Shown here: in pieces, positions 7,844 through 15,951 of the stretch
Numbering within the stretch: position 1 is the first letter of the stretch
How the letters are laid out: the number at the start of each line of letters is the position of its first letter
Source: Synergistaceae bacterium
GTDB taxonomy: Bacteria > Synergistota > Synergistia > Synergistales > 79-D21
NCBI GenBank assembly: GCA_012517195.1
Contig: JAAYVK010000031.1
Coordinates: 1-58,360 of the forward strand
Length of the DNA stretch: 58,360 nucleotides
Direction: 5' to 3'
Translations under genes and position numbers: made by a program
Notes under the pieces: model-generated
The model's database searches: none
Told to the model about the DNA's origin: nothing
What the model saw: only the letters and a program-made list of their open reading frames with translations

Positions 7844-8602
7844 ATGAGACCAGTCCGGGCGGATCTCCACATCCACACCGTCCTTTCTCCATGCGGCGGC
7901 CTTGACATGGGAGCTCCCGAGATCGTTGCCCGCGCCCTGAAGTGCGGACTTGAGGTGGTCGCGGTGACCGACCACAACACGTGTCGAAATGCGGCCGCCG
8001 TGATGAACGCTGCACGGGGCAAAAACCTTGTGGTTTTGCCCGGCCTCGAGGTGCAGAGCTCCGAAGACATCCATGCCGTAGTCCTTTTCGGGACTCTTGA
8101 GGAGGCCCTTGATTTTGAAACCTGGCTCTGGGAAGGATTCCCGAAGGTGTTGAACCGGCCGGAGCTTTTCGGCGAGCAAATCCTGATTGATGAGGAGAAC
8201 CGGATTCTCGCCGAGGAACCCGTTCTTTTGGTCCAGGGGGCCAGGCGCAGCATCGATGAGATCGTATCCGAGGCCAGGTCCCGAAGCGGGGTGGTTTTCC
8301 TGAGCCACGTTGACCGAGAGGCGTTCTCCTATCCAGCGGTTCTCGGCCCGATACCCCCGGACTACCCCGTCGACGCCCTTGAACTGACCTGCAACGCGAC
8401 GGAGATAACCGTGGAGAACTGCCGGAAAGCCTGCCCTTCGCTTCCCCTGATCCGGAATTCGGATGCGCACACCCTGTCTCAGATCGAGCCCCGCTGTTCC
8501 ACGGCATTCCTGGTGCAGGAACCGGATTTCCCAAATCTTCGGCGGGCTTTCCGGAATGAAGGGGGCTGCAGGATCCTGGACCCCTGGAAAGAAACGGCAT
8601 GA
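7844..8602 (+). CDS. PHP-domain metal-dependent phosphoesterase
   Basis: MRPVRADLHIHTVLSPCGG...VVAVTDHNT...PGLEVQS...LSHVD...NSDAH carries the PHP His/Asp motifs. The ATG at 7844 is 8 nt after the DRTGG stop. Confidence 0.8.
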   Translation: MRPVRADLHIHTVLSPCGGLDMGAPEIVARALKCGLEVVAVTDHNTCRNAAAVMNAARGKNLVVLPGLEVQSSEDIHAVVLFGTLEEALDFETWLWEGFPKVLNRPELFGEQILIDEENRILAEEPVLLVQGARRSIDEIVSEARSRSGVVFLSHVDREAFSYPAVLGPIPPDYPVDALELTCNATEITVENCRKACPSLPLIRNSDAHTLSQIEPRCSTAFLVQEPDFPNLRRAFRNEGGCRILDPWKETA

Positions 8603-8646
8603 AAAGGGAAGACTGCCCCTGAATGGGGTAAAATCGGGAAAAGGAG

Positions 8647-8859
8647 GTGTCCGCCTTGCTGGAAGAAAAGCCCGAAGAACTCAGCGCCCCCCAGCGGAAA
8701 CTGCAGTGCTGGTGCGGCCGAAGGATGATCCTGGTGGAATCCTTCCCCGATGATGGAACTTTTCGTTATGCCTGCCCCTTGTTGCTGGCAGGGGACACAA
8801 ATCACGACCAGCTTCTCAGCGAAGAAGAATACGTCGAAGAACCGGATGAGAAGCCGTAG
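8647..8859 (+). CDS. Small hypothetical protein (about 67-70 aa, acidic C-terminus, CxC...C)
   Basis: The ORF follows AAGGAGG at 8641-8647. The likely start is the TTG at 8656 or the GTG at 8647. It is on the same strand as the PHP gene, 45 nt downstream. I recognise no family. Confidence 0.4.
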   Translation: MSALLEEKPEELSAPQRKLQCWCGRRMILVESFPDDGTFRYACPLLLAGDTNHDQLLSEEEYVEEPDEKP

Positions 8860-8865
8860 TGCCCG

Positions 8866-9390
8866 CTACTCGGGTTTTCGAATGAACCAGAGTGCAGCAT
8901 TGTGGCTCGCGGCATCGAAGGAAGCAGGGCTTTCCGGAATAGAGGAAAGGGGCCCCTTTACGGTCATCCCGTAAAGGGGCAGGGAAACCCCCAGGGATTG
9001 AAGGCGGGCGAGGGTGTCCCGGCTAACCGAGAGCGAGACGAAAATGACGGTTGCCTCTGCCCTTTCTGTCGAAGATCCAGCCACGCCAATCCAGTAGTCG
9101 GGAGCGAGAGGAATTTTATCCAGGTACCGGCCAGGGCCGGCATTCCCGTTCATGTCCTGGATTGTCGTTCCCTTCTTCATCCAGACAGGCCATCTCCCGT
9201 AGTCTGCGTGATAGAGCACGGCGGCGCTTTTCATCGACCGCATGTCTTCCAGAATCCGGGTTGCTTCAGCCTTGCCTGTCGCAGAAAAGGAAACGAGCAT
9301 CATCGCTCCCGCCAGGATGCCAACCAGAAGGAGTACCACCAGGATCTCGACGAGCGTGAGCGCCGTCCGTTTCTTTCTGTTCCTTCCCAT
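8866..9390 (-). CDS. Prepilin-type N-terminal cleavage/methylation domain protein (pilin/pseudopilin-like)
   Basis: MGRNRKKRTA|LTLVEILVVLLLVGILAGAMMLV has a basic leader, Glu at +5 and a hydrophobic helix. Alternative starts lie at 9438 and 9447. Confidence 0.6.
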   Translation of the reverse strand: MGRNRKKRTALTLVEILVVLLLVGILAGAMMLVSFSATGKAEATRILEDMRSMKSAAVLYHADYGRWPVWMKKGTTIQDMNGNAGPGRYLDKIPLAPDYWIGVAGSSTERAEATVIFVSLSVSRDTLARLQSLGVSLPLYGMTVKGPLSSIPESPASFDAASHNAALWFIRKPE

Positions 9391-9533
9391 TTTCCGATCC
9401 CGCCTTTTGGGTCCGGCCGCTTTTCCTGAAAAGTTCATCGAAACCAAGCATACCCGAGAAACCGCAGCCCCGCAACCGGCCAGCCGTCCCGTCGCCGTTT
9501 CGCAGTTTCCCGGGCGGGTGCTAAGATATCGGC

Positions 9534-9962
9534 ATGAGAAAAAAACAAAATCCTCGAGTCGAACTGCGGGAAGGTCCGGTGGAACACCGGCTCCTGGAAG
9601 ATCTCTTCAAAGCCAGGGGGCTGCTTCCGGCGGAGGAAATCCGGTCACCCGAGGAAGAAACATCCCGGCTTGAGGAGACCTTGCGCCAGCCGGACTATTC
9701 GAAAGTCGAACGGGTCGTCCTGCGATACGAAAGGAAGGGGCACGGGGGGAAATCGGTGACCCGTGTCGAAGGTGTGCCTTTTGCGGAGGACGCCCTCGAA
9801 GACTTGGCCCGCGAACTCAAAAAGTCGTTGGGGTGCGGAGCCTGGGTGGAGGGGAACGAGATCCTCCTGCAGGGCGACCTGACCGAAAGGTCGCAGGCCT
9901 GGTTTCAGAAGAAGGGAGTAAGGCGCGTGGTCATCTCAAAAGCGGGTGGGTTCAGGAAATGA
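9534..9962 (+). CDS. yciH: SUI1/YciH-family translation initiation factor
   Basis: ...VVLRYERKGHGGKSVTRVEGVP...LKKSLGCGAWVEGNEILLQGD... is the SUI1 domain pattern. Confidence 0.75.
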   Translation: MRKKQNPRVELREGPVEHRLLEDLFKARGLLPAEEIRSPEEETSRLEETLRQPDYSKVERVVLRYERKGHGGKSVTRVEGVPFAEDALEDLARELKKSLGCGAWVEGNEILLQGDLTERSQAWFQKKGVRRVVISKAGGFRK

Positions 9963-10894
9963 GCTTTCGGGCTTTCCGGGAAGAAGACCTGGCAGCGCTT
10001 GTCAATGAAGTGCGCCCCCTGGCATCGGAAGGAAAAGTCGCGACCTATATCCCCGAACTGGCCCGGGGAAACCCAAAAGCCCTGGCGGTTGCAGCGATGG
10101 ATGGGAACGGATCGGAAGTTGCCGCCGGTGACAAGGAACTTCGGTTTACCATGCAGTCCATCTCGAAAGTCGTTTCGCTTTCCGTCGCCCTATCGGAGCT
10201 GGGTGAAAAGGCGGTCTTCAGCAGGGTGGGAATGGATCCCACCGCTGATCCCTTCAACTCCGTCATGCGCCTGGAGATGGTTCGTCCGCACCGTCCGCAG
10301 AACCCCCTTATCAACGCCGGGGCGATCGTCGTTGACTCCATGCTTCTCGCGGGTGGAGCGGAGGAGGCCTTCCATTCCATCCGGGAAATGGCAAGGCGTT
10401 TGACGGGCAACCCCCAACTCCGGGAAAATGATGCGGTCTATCTTTCCGAGAAAAGAACGGGAGACCGCAATCGTTCCCTCGCTTACTTCCTGAAGAGTGT
10501 CAAAACGATCCGCGGCGATGTAGAAGAAATCCTGGATGTCTATTTCAGGCAGTGCAGCCTTGAAGTGACGGTTTCGGACCTTGCCGTGCTCGCAGGGACC
10601 CTCGCCTTCGATGGGAAAAATCCCCTGACGGGAGAAACGGTGCTCCCCGGGAAGATCTGCCGGATCCTTAGAGCGCTGATGGCCACGTGCGGACTTTACG
10701 ACGGTTCAGGCGAGTTCGCGGTCAGGGTCGGGATTCCGGCAAAAAGCGGGGTCGGAGGAGGCATCGTGGCCACCGTCCCCGGCATCATGGGGATCGCTGT
10801 TTGCGGGCCCGCCCTGGATCACCAGGGGAATTCCATCGCAGGCATTGCGCTTTTGGAGCGTTTGTCCGACCGGTTCGGCCTGAGGGTTCTCTAG
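9959..10894 (+). CDS. glsA: Glutaminase A
   Basis: ...GKVATYIPELA...FTMQSISKVVSL...NPLINAGAI... and GIPAKSGVGGGI are glutaminase signatures. The ATG at 9959 overlaps the SUI1 stop (ATGA). Confidence 0.9.
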   Translation: MSFRAFREEDLAALVNEVRPLASEGKVATYIPELARGNPKALAVAAMDGNGSEVAAGDKELRFTMQSISKVVSLSVALSELGEKAVFSRVGMDPTADPFNSVMRLEMVRPHRPQNPLINAGAIVVDSMLLAGGAEEAFHSIREMARRLTGNPQLRENDAVYLSEKRTGDRNRSLAYFLKSVKTIRGDVEEILDVYFRQCSLEVTVSDLAVLAGTLAFDGKNPLTGETVLPGKICRILRALMATCGLYDGSGEFAVRVGIPAKSGVGGGIVATVPGIMGIAVCGPALDHQGNSIAGIALLERLSDRFGLRVL

Positions 10895-10908
10895 GTCCCG
10901 CTGGGTGC

Positions 10909-10945
10909 AAAAAAAACGGCTGGGACAGCAACATCGCCCCAGCCG
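10909..10945 (-). terminator. Rho-independent terminator of rubrerythrin
   Basis: The minus strand reads cggctggg-loop-cccagccg followed by TTTTTTTT. Confidence 0.75.
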
Positions 10946-10959
10946 GATCCGGCGTCCGT

Positions 10960-11454
10960 CTAGTCGATTTTTCGGTACGCCTGTTTTTTTGCCCCGCAGA
11001 TGGGGCAGCGATCCGGTGCCTCCCCTTCCGCGATGTGTCCGCAAACGGTGCAAAGGTAAAGGTCGGTAGTTTCTCCGCTGTGGAGGGTCTGCAGGGCTTT
11101 CTCGTAGAGGTGCGCATGAACCGCCTCTGCTTTCCCGACGAGATCCAGTTTCCTCGCTATGGGCTCGGCGCCTTCCTGCTTTGCATTCTCGACGAATTCC
11201 GGGTACATCCGGGTGAACTCGTACGTTTCCCCCTCAATGGCCGCCCTAAGGTTTTCTTCCGTGGTGCGGATCATTCCCAACGCCTTGAGATGATCGATCG
11301 CATGGATCGTTTCTGCTTCGGCAGCCGCCCTGAAAAGCTTTGCGGCCTGGTGGAACCCTTCCGCCTCCGCCTGGCGCGCGAAGGCAAGATACTTGCGGTT
11401 GGCCATCGATTCTCCAGCAAAGGCTTCCTTGAGGTTTTCCTCGGTCTTCTTCAT
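10960..11454 (-). CDS. rbr: Rubrerythrin
   Basis: MKKTEENLKEAFAGESMANRKYLAFA is a ferritin-like di-iron domain (ExxH motifs). The C-terminal CTVCGH...CPICG is a rubredoxin-like domain. Confidence 0.93.
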   Translation of the reverse strand: MKKTEENLKEAFAGESMANRKYLAFARQAEAEGFHQAAKLFRAAAEAETIHAIDHLKALGMIRTTEENLRAAIEGETYEFTRMYPEFVENAKQEGAEPIARKLDLVGKAEAVHAHLYEKALQTLHSGETTDLYLCTVCGHIAEGEAPDRCPICGAKKQAYRKID

Positions 11455-11480
11455 CTGTCAACATCCCTCCAAGTTTGAAA

Positions 11481-11495
11481 TTGTAATAATTATAG
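11481..11495. promoter_or_regulatory. PerR/Fur-family box (TTGTAATAATTATAG) overlapping the rbr -10
   Basis: It matches the 7-1-7 consensus TTATAATNATTATAA at 12 of 14 defined positions. Confidence 0.5.
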
Positions 11496-11517
11496 AAAAA
11501 TTGAGCCCGGGATGCAA
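11489..11517 (-). promoter_or_regulatory. Sigma-70-type promoter of rbr
   Basis: The minus strand reads TTGCAT-17 nt-TATAAT. The -10 lies about 35 nt upstream of the ATG, with GGAGGGA as SD. Confidence 0.65.
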
Positions 11518-11537
11518 TGCGACAAAAAGGCAAAACC

Positions 11538-12593
11538 TCACCCGGAGTCCACCTCCAGGGAGTGCAGGAGGACTTCAATGTCCTCATCCTTGCCTTGCAG
11601 GGGAAGGGGCAGGCCGATGGTCCTCTCGCCGAGGGCGTAAGCGGAAGGGCAGGAGAACCGAAGGGCAGGGTTCAGGCGCCAGAGAGATGGACACTCATAT
11701 CCGGATCTGCGCAGGACAAAACGGATCCGGTTTGCATCGAAAGCGACCCGGACGGGCAGCACGAGGGGTGCTGCGTCCTCCCCGACGGAGCGGAAAAGAG
11801 GGCGGATTCCGCAGCTTTCCAAGGACGGCCGGGCCAGGTGTTCAAGCAGGAGTTTCCCGAAAGTCCTTCTTCGGCGGGCTTCCTCCGGAAAATTCTCCGC
11901 GTTCAGCTTTGCCCACGAAACCGAAGAGGGGCGGCGGGGGATGGAGGAAAAGGAGGCTTCCAAATCTGCTTCCGCCTCTTCCAGCCTGGAAACTCCTTTT
12001 TCAAAGTCCCCCTTCTCAAGGCTCTCAAAAGCCTTCTCCCGTTTTTCCGCGATTCGCGGATCAGCCAAAGCCAGGTCGGCCTGCACCGGAAACCTGGAAA
12101 CGAGGGCTCCGCCATCCGGGACCTGGAAGAATTTTCGAAAACTGAAAAGTGCAAAATCCCCATCAAACCCAATGTTCCCGCTCAACGAGGAACCTGCGCA
12201 ATCTTCGACCAGGAAAGGCCGGTTTTCAGGGGACCTCGCCCGGAACCAGCCAAGAGCCCCTTGATTCGGGAATCCGAAGTAATGGATGATCAGCAAAAGA
12301 TCGCCCCGGGAAGGGCCGGAACCAGGAAAAACCGGTTTGAAGTCCGAAGAGTTTTCATAGAACCGCAGGCGGATTCCGCTTTTCCTGAAAACCGCGGGAA
12401 CGGATGGACAGGAATATGCCGGGAGCCATGCCGTTCCAGAAAATCCGTTTCCGGCCAGGTGCCGAAGGGCAAGAACCAGCGCGGATCGCCCGCTGTCTGT
12501 CGGGATGACGGTCCTGCCGATTTTCTCGTATTTGCCGAGAAACGGGTCGACTCCCTTTTTCCCGAGATTGAGTTCGAACGTTCGGTCGCCCAT
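11538..12593 (-). CDS. DegT/DnrJ/EryC1-like PLP-dependent enzyme (fold type I), function unknown
   Basis: SGRSALVLALRHL, LPAYSCPSVPAVFRKSG, LLLIIHYFGFPN, FLVEDCAGS and GDFALFSFRKFFQVPDGGAL parallel the DegT family blocks, including the candidate PLP lysine. The longest ORF reaches 12677 but would then overlap the divergent methyltransferase start. Confidence 0.55.
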   Translation of the reverse strand: MGDRTFELNLGKKGVDPFLGKYEKIGRTVIPTDSGRSALVLALRHLAGNGFSGTAWLPAYSCPSVPAVFRKSGIRLRFYENSSDFKPVFPGSGPSRGDLLLIIHYFGFPNQGALGWFRARSPENRPFLVEDCAGSSLSGNIGFDGDFALFSFRKFFQVPDGGALVSRFPVQADLALADPRIAEKREKAFESLEKGDFEKGVSRLEEAEADLEASFSSIPRRPSSVSWAKLNAENFPEEARRRRTFGKLLLEHLARPSLESCGIRPLFRSVGEDAAPLVLPVRVAFDANRIRFVLRRSGYECPSLWRLNPALRFSCPSAYALGERTIGLPLPLQGKDEDIEVLLHSLEVDSG

Positions 12594-12646
12594 GGGGATA
12601 TCATATCTCTCAAGGGGCCTTTGGATGAAAGGGGTTGATCTCCTGG

Positions 12647-13222
12647 ATGGAAAAGCCCTTTGACCGGATTGCTCCATATTACAACCGATGGATTGGCCGG
12701 TTCATGTCAGCGCGGATGGACCGGATGGCCGAGATGATCGCCTGTTCACCCGAAGAAACTCTCCTCGACCTTGGAGGCGGCACGGGGCTTTTTGCCAGGA
12801 GGCTGGTGGGCCGCTGCGGGGAAATCCACCTGCTGGACGAAAGCCAGCGAATGATCGAACAGGCAGACTGCGAAAAAATCCGCGTGCGTTCGGGAGACGC
12901 AACGAACACGGGATATCCGGAACGCTCCTTTGACTGGGTCGTCCTTTCGGACGTCATACACCATATCCGGGAACAGGATCGACTCTTCACAGAAGTTGCC
13001 CGGCTTCTGAAGCCCGGGGGGAGACTGCTGGTCAACGAGATCGACCGGGAAAAAACCTTGGGGCGGCTCTTTGGAAAGCTTGAGGGGTTTGTCTTTCCCC
13101 CGGTCTATCACGTTGGTTTTATGGAACTTTCCGAAGCACTTGCCCGCTACGGGTTCACCCTGCGGCAAAAGGTTCAGGACACCTGGAGTTTCATTGCATT
13201 ATGGGAGAAATCCCGGCGCTAA
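12647..13222 (+). CDS. Class I SAM-dependent methyltransferase
   Basis: MEKPFDRIAPYYNRW...LLDLGGGTGLFARRL (motif I)...LKPGGRLLV (motif post-II). An alternative TTG start lies at 12635. Confidence 0.8.
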   Translation: MEKPFDRIAPYYNRWIGRFMSARMDRMAEMIACSPEETLLDLGGGTGLFARRLVGRCGEIHLLDESQRMIEQADCEKIRVRSGDATNTGYPERSFDWVVLSDVIHHIREQDRLFTEVARLLKPGGRLLVNEIDREKTLGRLFGKLEGFVFPPVYHVGFMELSEALARYGFTLRQKVQDTWSFIALWEKSRR

Positions 13223-13845
13223 CCTTTGGTGCTGCGGTGTCGCTTCGACAATTCCCCCAGGATGTCCGTGGGCTTGAGATCGAGGGAAATCAAAGCGACG
13301 AGCAGGTGGTACAAGAGATCCGCAGCCTCGTAGCGAGTGCCTTCCCGATCCTTCAAAGCAACTGCCAGGGCGGTTTCGACGCCTTCCTCGCCCACCTTCT
13401 GCGCGATGCGGGAAGATCCTTCCTGAAGCAGGCGGGCCGTGTAGCTCTCTTCCGCGGGGGCGTGGCGCCTTTCCAGAAGGCATCTCCACAGTCGCCCCCA
13501 GAAGGTGCAAAAGGTTCCGCTCTCTCCCCAGAGAGACCTGTAGAAGCATGTCCTCTGACCGGTGTGACAGGCGGGCCCAGCGGGTTCAGCGAGAGCAAGC
13601 AGGGTATCGCCGTCGCAGTCGATTTTCATCTCCACGACCCGCATGGTGTTGCCGCTCGTTTCTCCCTTTTTCCAGAGGCGGTTCCGGGATCGGCTGAAAA
13701 GGGTCAATTCCCCCGATCGTTCCGTTTCCTCCAGGGCCTCCCTGTTGGCCCAGGCCACCATGAGCACTTCGCCCGATTCACAATCCTGGACGACGACCGG
13801 CACCAGGCCGGTTGAATCGAAACGGACCAGATCGAGAAGGCTCAT
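13219..13845 (-). CDS. hisI: Bifunctional phosphoribosyl-AMP cyclohydrolase / phosphoribosyl-ATP pyrophosphatase
   Basis: LVPVVVQD...[12 protein letters not shown]...[17 protein letters not shown]...DCDGDTLL...CHTG..CF is the HisI part. The C-terminal part is HisE-like. ATGA overlap with the hisF stop. Confidence 0.92.
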   Translation of the reverse strand: MSLLDLVRFDSTGLVPVVVQDCESGEVLMVAWANREALEETERSGELTLFSRSRNRLWKKGETSGNTMRVVEMKIDCDGDTLLALAEPAGPACHTGQRTCFYRSLWGESGTFCTFWGRLWRCLLERRHAPAEESYTARLLQEGSSRIAQKVGEEGVETALAVALKDREGTRYEAADLLYHLLVALISLDLKPTDILGELSKRHRSTKG

Positions 13846-14615
13846 CTTGATTTTTCCACCTCGCTTCCGATTCGAACGGGAATGTCCCATTTCGCCAATT
13901 CCCGCTTGACTTCCCGGATCGATAGAATCCCATAGTGAAAAATCGAAGCGGCCAAAGCCGCATCCGCCCCGGATTCGAAGGCGCGGCGCAGATCTTCGGC
14001 TGATCCGGCCCCACCCGAGGCGATCAGGGGAACCGGCGCGGTTTCGGATACGGTCCGGATCAGCTCAAGATCGTATCCCTCGTTTGTCCCGTCCTGGTCC
14101 ATGCTGGTCAGGAGAATTTCCCCGCACCCGAGGCGCACACCTTCCCTGGCCCAGTCCACCACATCGAGGCCCGTTGCGGTTCGCCCCCCTTCGACAAGAA
14201 CCTCCCAACCGCCGCCAGGTTTCCGTTTGGCATCGATCGCCAGGACGACCGCCTGCCTGCCAAGGGTTCGGGCGCAATCCCGGATCAGGTTTGGATTGCG
14301 GACGGCCCCGGTATTCAGCGAAACCTTGTCCGCCCCAAGTGCGACGAGCTGCCGTGCCTCTTCGGCACGGGTGATGCCGCCCCCGACGGTAAAGGGGATG
14401 AAGAGCCGTTCCGCGACCGCCCTGACCCAGTCGGTCATGGTCCTGCGTCTTTCCAGCGAAGCGGAAATGTCCAGAAAAACGAGTTCATCCGCGCCTTCTT
14501 CCATGTAGGCAGCCGCGAGCTCCGCGGGATCCCCGGCATCCCTGAGGTTCCGGAACCGGATCCCCTTCACGACGCGCCCCCCCTTGATGTCGAGGCATGG
14601 GATGATTCTTTTCAT
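13842..14615 (-). CDS. hisF: Imidazole glycerol phosphate synthase cyclase subunit
   Basis: [18 protein letters not shown]...[12 protein letters not shown]...GGGI...SLNT.... The ATG at 14615 overlaps the hisA stop. Confidence 0.95.
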   Translation of the reverse strand: MKRIIPCLDIKGGRVVKGIRFRNLRDAGDPAELAAAYMEEGADELVFLDISASLERRRTMTDWVRAVAERLFIPFTVGGGITRAEEARQLVALGADKVSLNTGAVRNPNLIRDCARTLGRQAVVLAIDAKRKPGGGWEVLVEGGRTATGLDVVDWAREGVRLGCGEILLTSMDQDGTNEGYDLELIRTVSETAPVPLIASGGAGSAEDLRRAFESGADAALAASIFHYGILSIREVKRELAKWDIPVRIGSEVEKSR

Positions 14616-15334
14616 CAGCACTGGTGTTCCACCTCCAGGGCGTCTTCCAGCTTCAGATCCCCTTCGTACAGGGCCTTCCCGACGACCGCATCGGAAATCC
14701 CGAGGTCGGCAAGCGCCTGGAGGTCCTCCAGGCAGCGGATGCCGCCTGCCGCTGTGAATTGCATCCCGGGGACGGTCTTCCGCAGAGTGGCGTAGAGCCC
14801 GAGATCGGGCCCCTCTCCCGTTCCATCCCGTTCAACCGCAGTGACAAGGCAATGCCGGAAGCCGGCCCTGTACAGCCGATGCAGGGCTTCTTCCGGGCCC
14901 AGGGCCGCCTTTTCGGTCCACCCGCTGACGGCGACTTGCCCCTTTTTGATGTCGATCGTGGGGATGACGCGCTCACCGAATTTCCGGAAAAGATCGAAAG
15001 GCATTTCCCCGGAGGCGAAAAGCAGGCTGCCTACCATCGCAAAATCGGCCCCCATAGCGAGGACCTTCCCGATTGAATCCGGGGTCCTCAGGCCGCCTCC
15101 GTAACGGATCGTCAGGTCCAGTGCTGAAAGGGGCGGCAGAATGTCCGCGTGGCGGGGAGTCCCCCTCTGGGCCCCCTCCAGGTCGACCACGTGCAGCCGC
15201 GGGCATCCGCAGGACTTGAAGGCCGAGGCCACAGAAAGGGGGTCGTCGGCATATTCCGTTCTGGCGGAGTAGTCCCCCCGTGTGAGCCGGATCACCTTTC
15301 CCTGGTAAAGATCGATCGCGGGCCAGATTCTCAT
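14615..15334 (-). CDS. hisA: ProFAR isomerase
   Basis: [22 protein letters not shown]...LHVVDLEGA...GGGLR. The start overlaps the hisH stop. Confidence 0.93.
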   Translation of the reverse strand: MRIWPAIDLYQGKVIRLTRGDYSARTEYADDPLSVASAFKSCGCPRLHVVDLEGAQRGTPRHADILPPLSALDLTIRYGGGLRTPDSIGKVLAMGADFAMVGSLLFASGEMPFDLFRKFGERVIPTIDIKKGQVAVSGWTEKAALGPEEALHRLYRAGFRHCLVTAVERDGTGEGPDLGLYATLRKTVPGMQFTAAGGIRCLEDLQALADLGISDAVVGKALYEGDLKLEDALEVEHQC

Positions 15335-15951
15335 GAGGATGTCCCCGAAAGGAAACCGATGAACGTCCCGAAAAGCCGCAGCCCCTCCCGGCCGCTTCGT
15401 TCCGGGTGAAACTGGAAGCCCGCGATCCGGTTCCGAAGGGACACCGAGCTGAAGCGAACGCCGTCAATGGCTGTGTCTGCAAGGCTTGCCTCGTTGACGG
15501 GGGCGGCGTAGCCGTGGACAAAGTAGGCATCGAGCCCCCCCTTGAAAAGATTGGTGATCCCGGTTACCTCCCTGAGCCAGGAAACTCGGTTCCAGCCCAT
15601 GTGCGGTGATTTTTTTAGGCCCGCAAGGGGGGCAACGGTTCCCGGGAAGAAACCGAGGCCTTCCGTGAGCCCGTCTTCCAGGCTTGCTTCGTAAAGAAGC
15701 TGCATTCCCAGGCAGATCCCGAGCAGGGGCTTGCCGCTGTTTCCCCATTCCCTGAGGGCAGGAATCCATCCCCTTCTGGCTAACTCTTCCCGTGCCGGAG
15801 GGAACGCTCCAACACCCGGAAGGACAAGCAAATCCACCTCCCCGGCCAGGTTTGAAGGGCTTTCCAGGAGAGATGCCTCATATCGGAGGGATGAAAGGGC
15901 CCGCAAGACGTTTCCCAGGTTTCCAGCCCCGTAGTCGATGATGCCGATCAT
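15331..15951 (-). CDS. hisH: Imidazole glycerol phosphate synthase glutamine amidotransferase subunit
   Basis: MIGIIDYGAGNLGNVLRAL...LPGVGAF...GICLGMQLL...FQFHPERS (Cys-His-Glu triad context). The ATG at 15951 overlaps the hisB stop. Confidence 0.95.
   Translation of the reverse strand: MIGIIDYGAGNLGNVLRALSSLRYEASLLESPSNLAGEVDLLVLPGVGAFPPAREELARRGWIPALREWGNSGKPLLGICLGMQLLYEASLEDGLTEGLGFFPGTVAPLAGLKKSPHMGWNRVSWLREVTGITNLFKGGLDAYFVHGYAAPVNEASLADTAIDGVRFSSVSLRNRIAGFQFHPERSGREGLRLFGTFIGFLSGTSS

Noticed and set aside
7844-8602. The PHP protein as the histidinol phosphatase missing from the his operon
   Set aside because: It is embedded in and tightly coupled to the DRTGG/ATPase/Fe-S operon, 5 kb and several unrelated genes away from the his operon. 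Its context fits a signalling phosphoesterase. This cannot be excluded without biochemistry, but there is no positional support.
11393-12638. Two long plus-strand ORFs (250 aa and 373 aa) over the DegT-like gene
   Set aside because: They are antisense shadows of the minus-strand gene. They are extremely Arg/Gly/Pro/Lys-rich and have no motifs.
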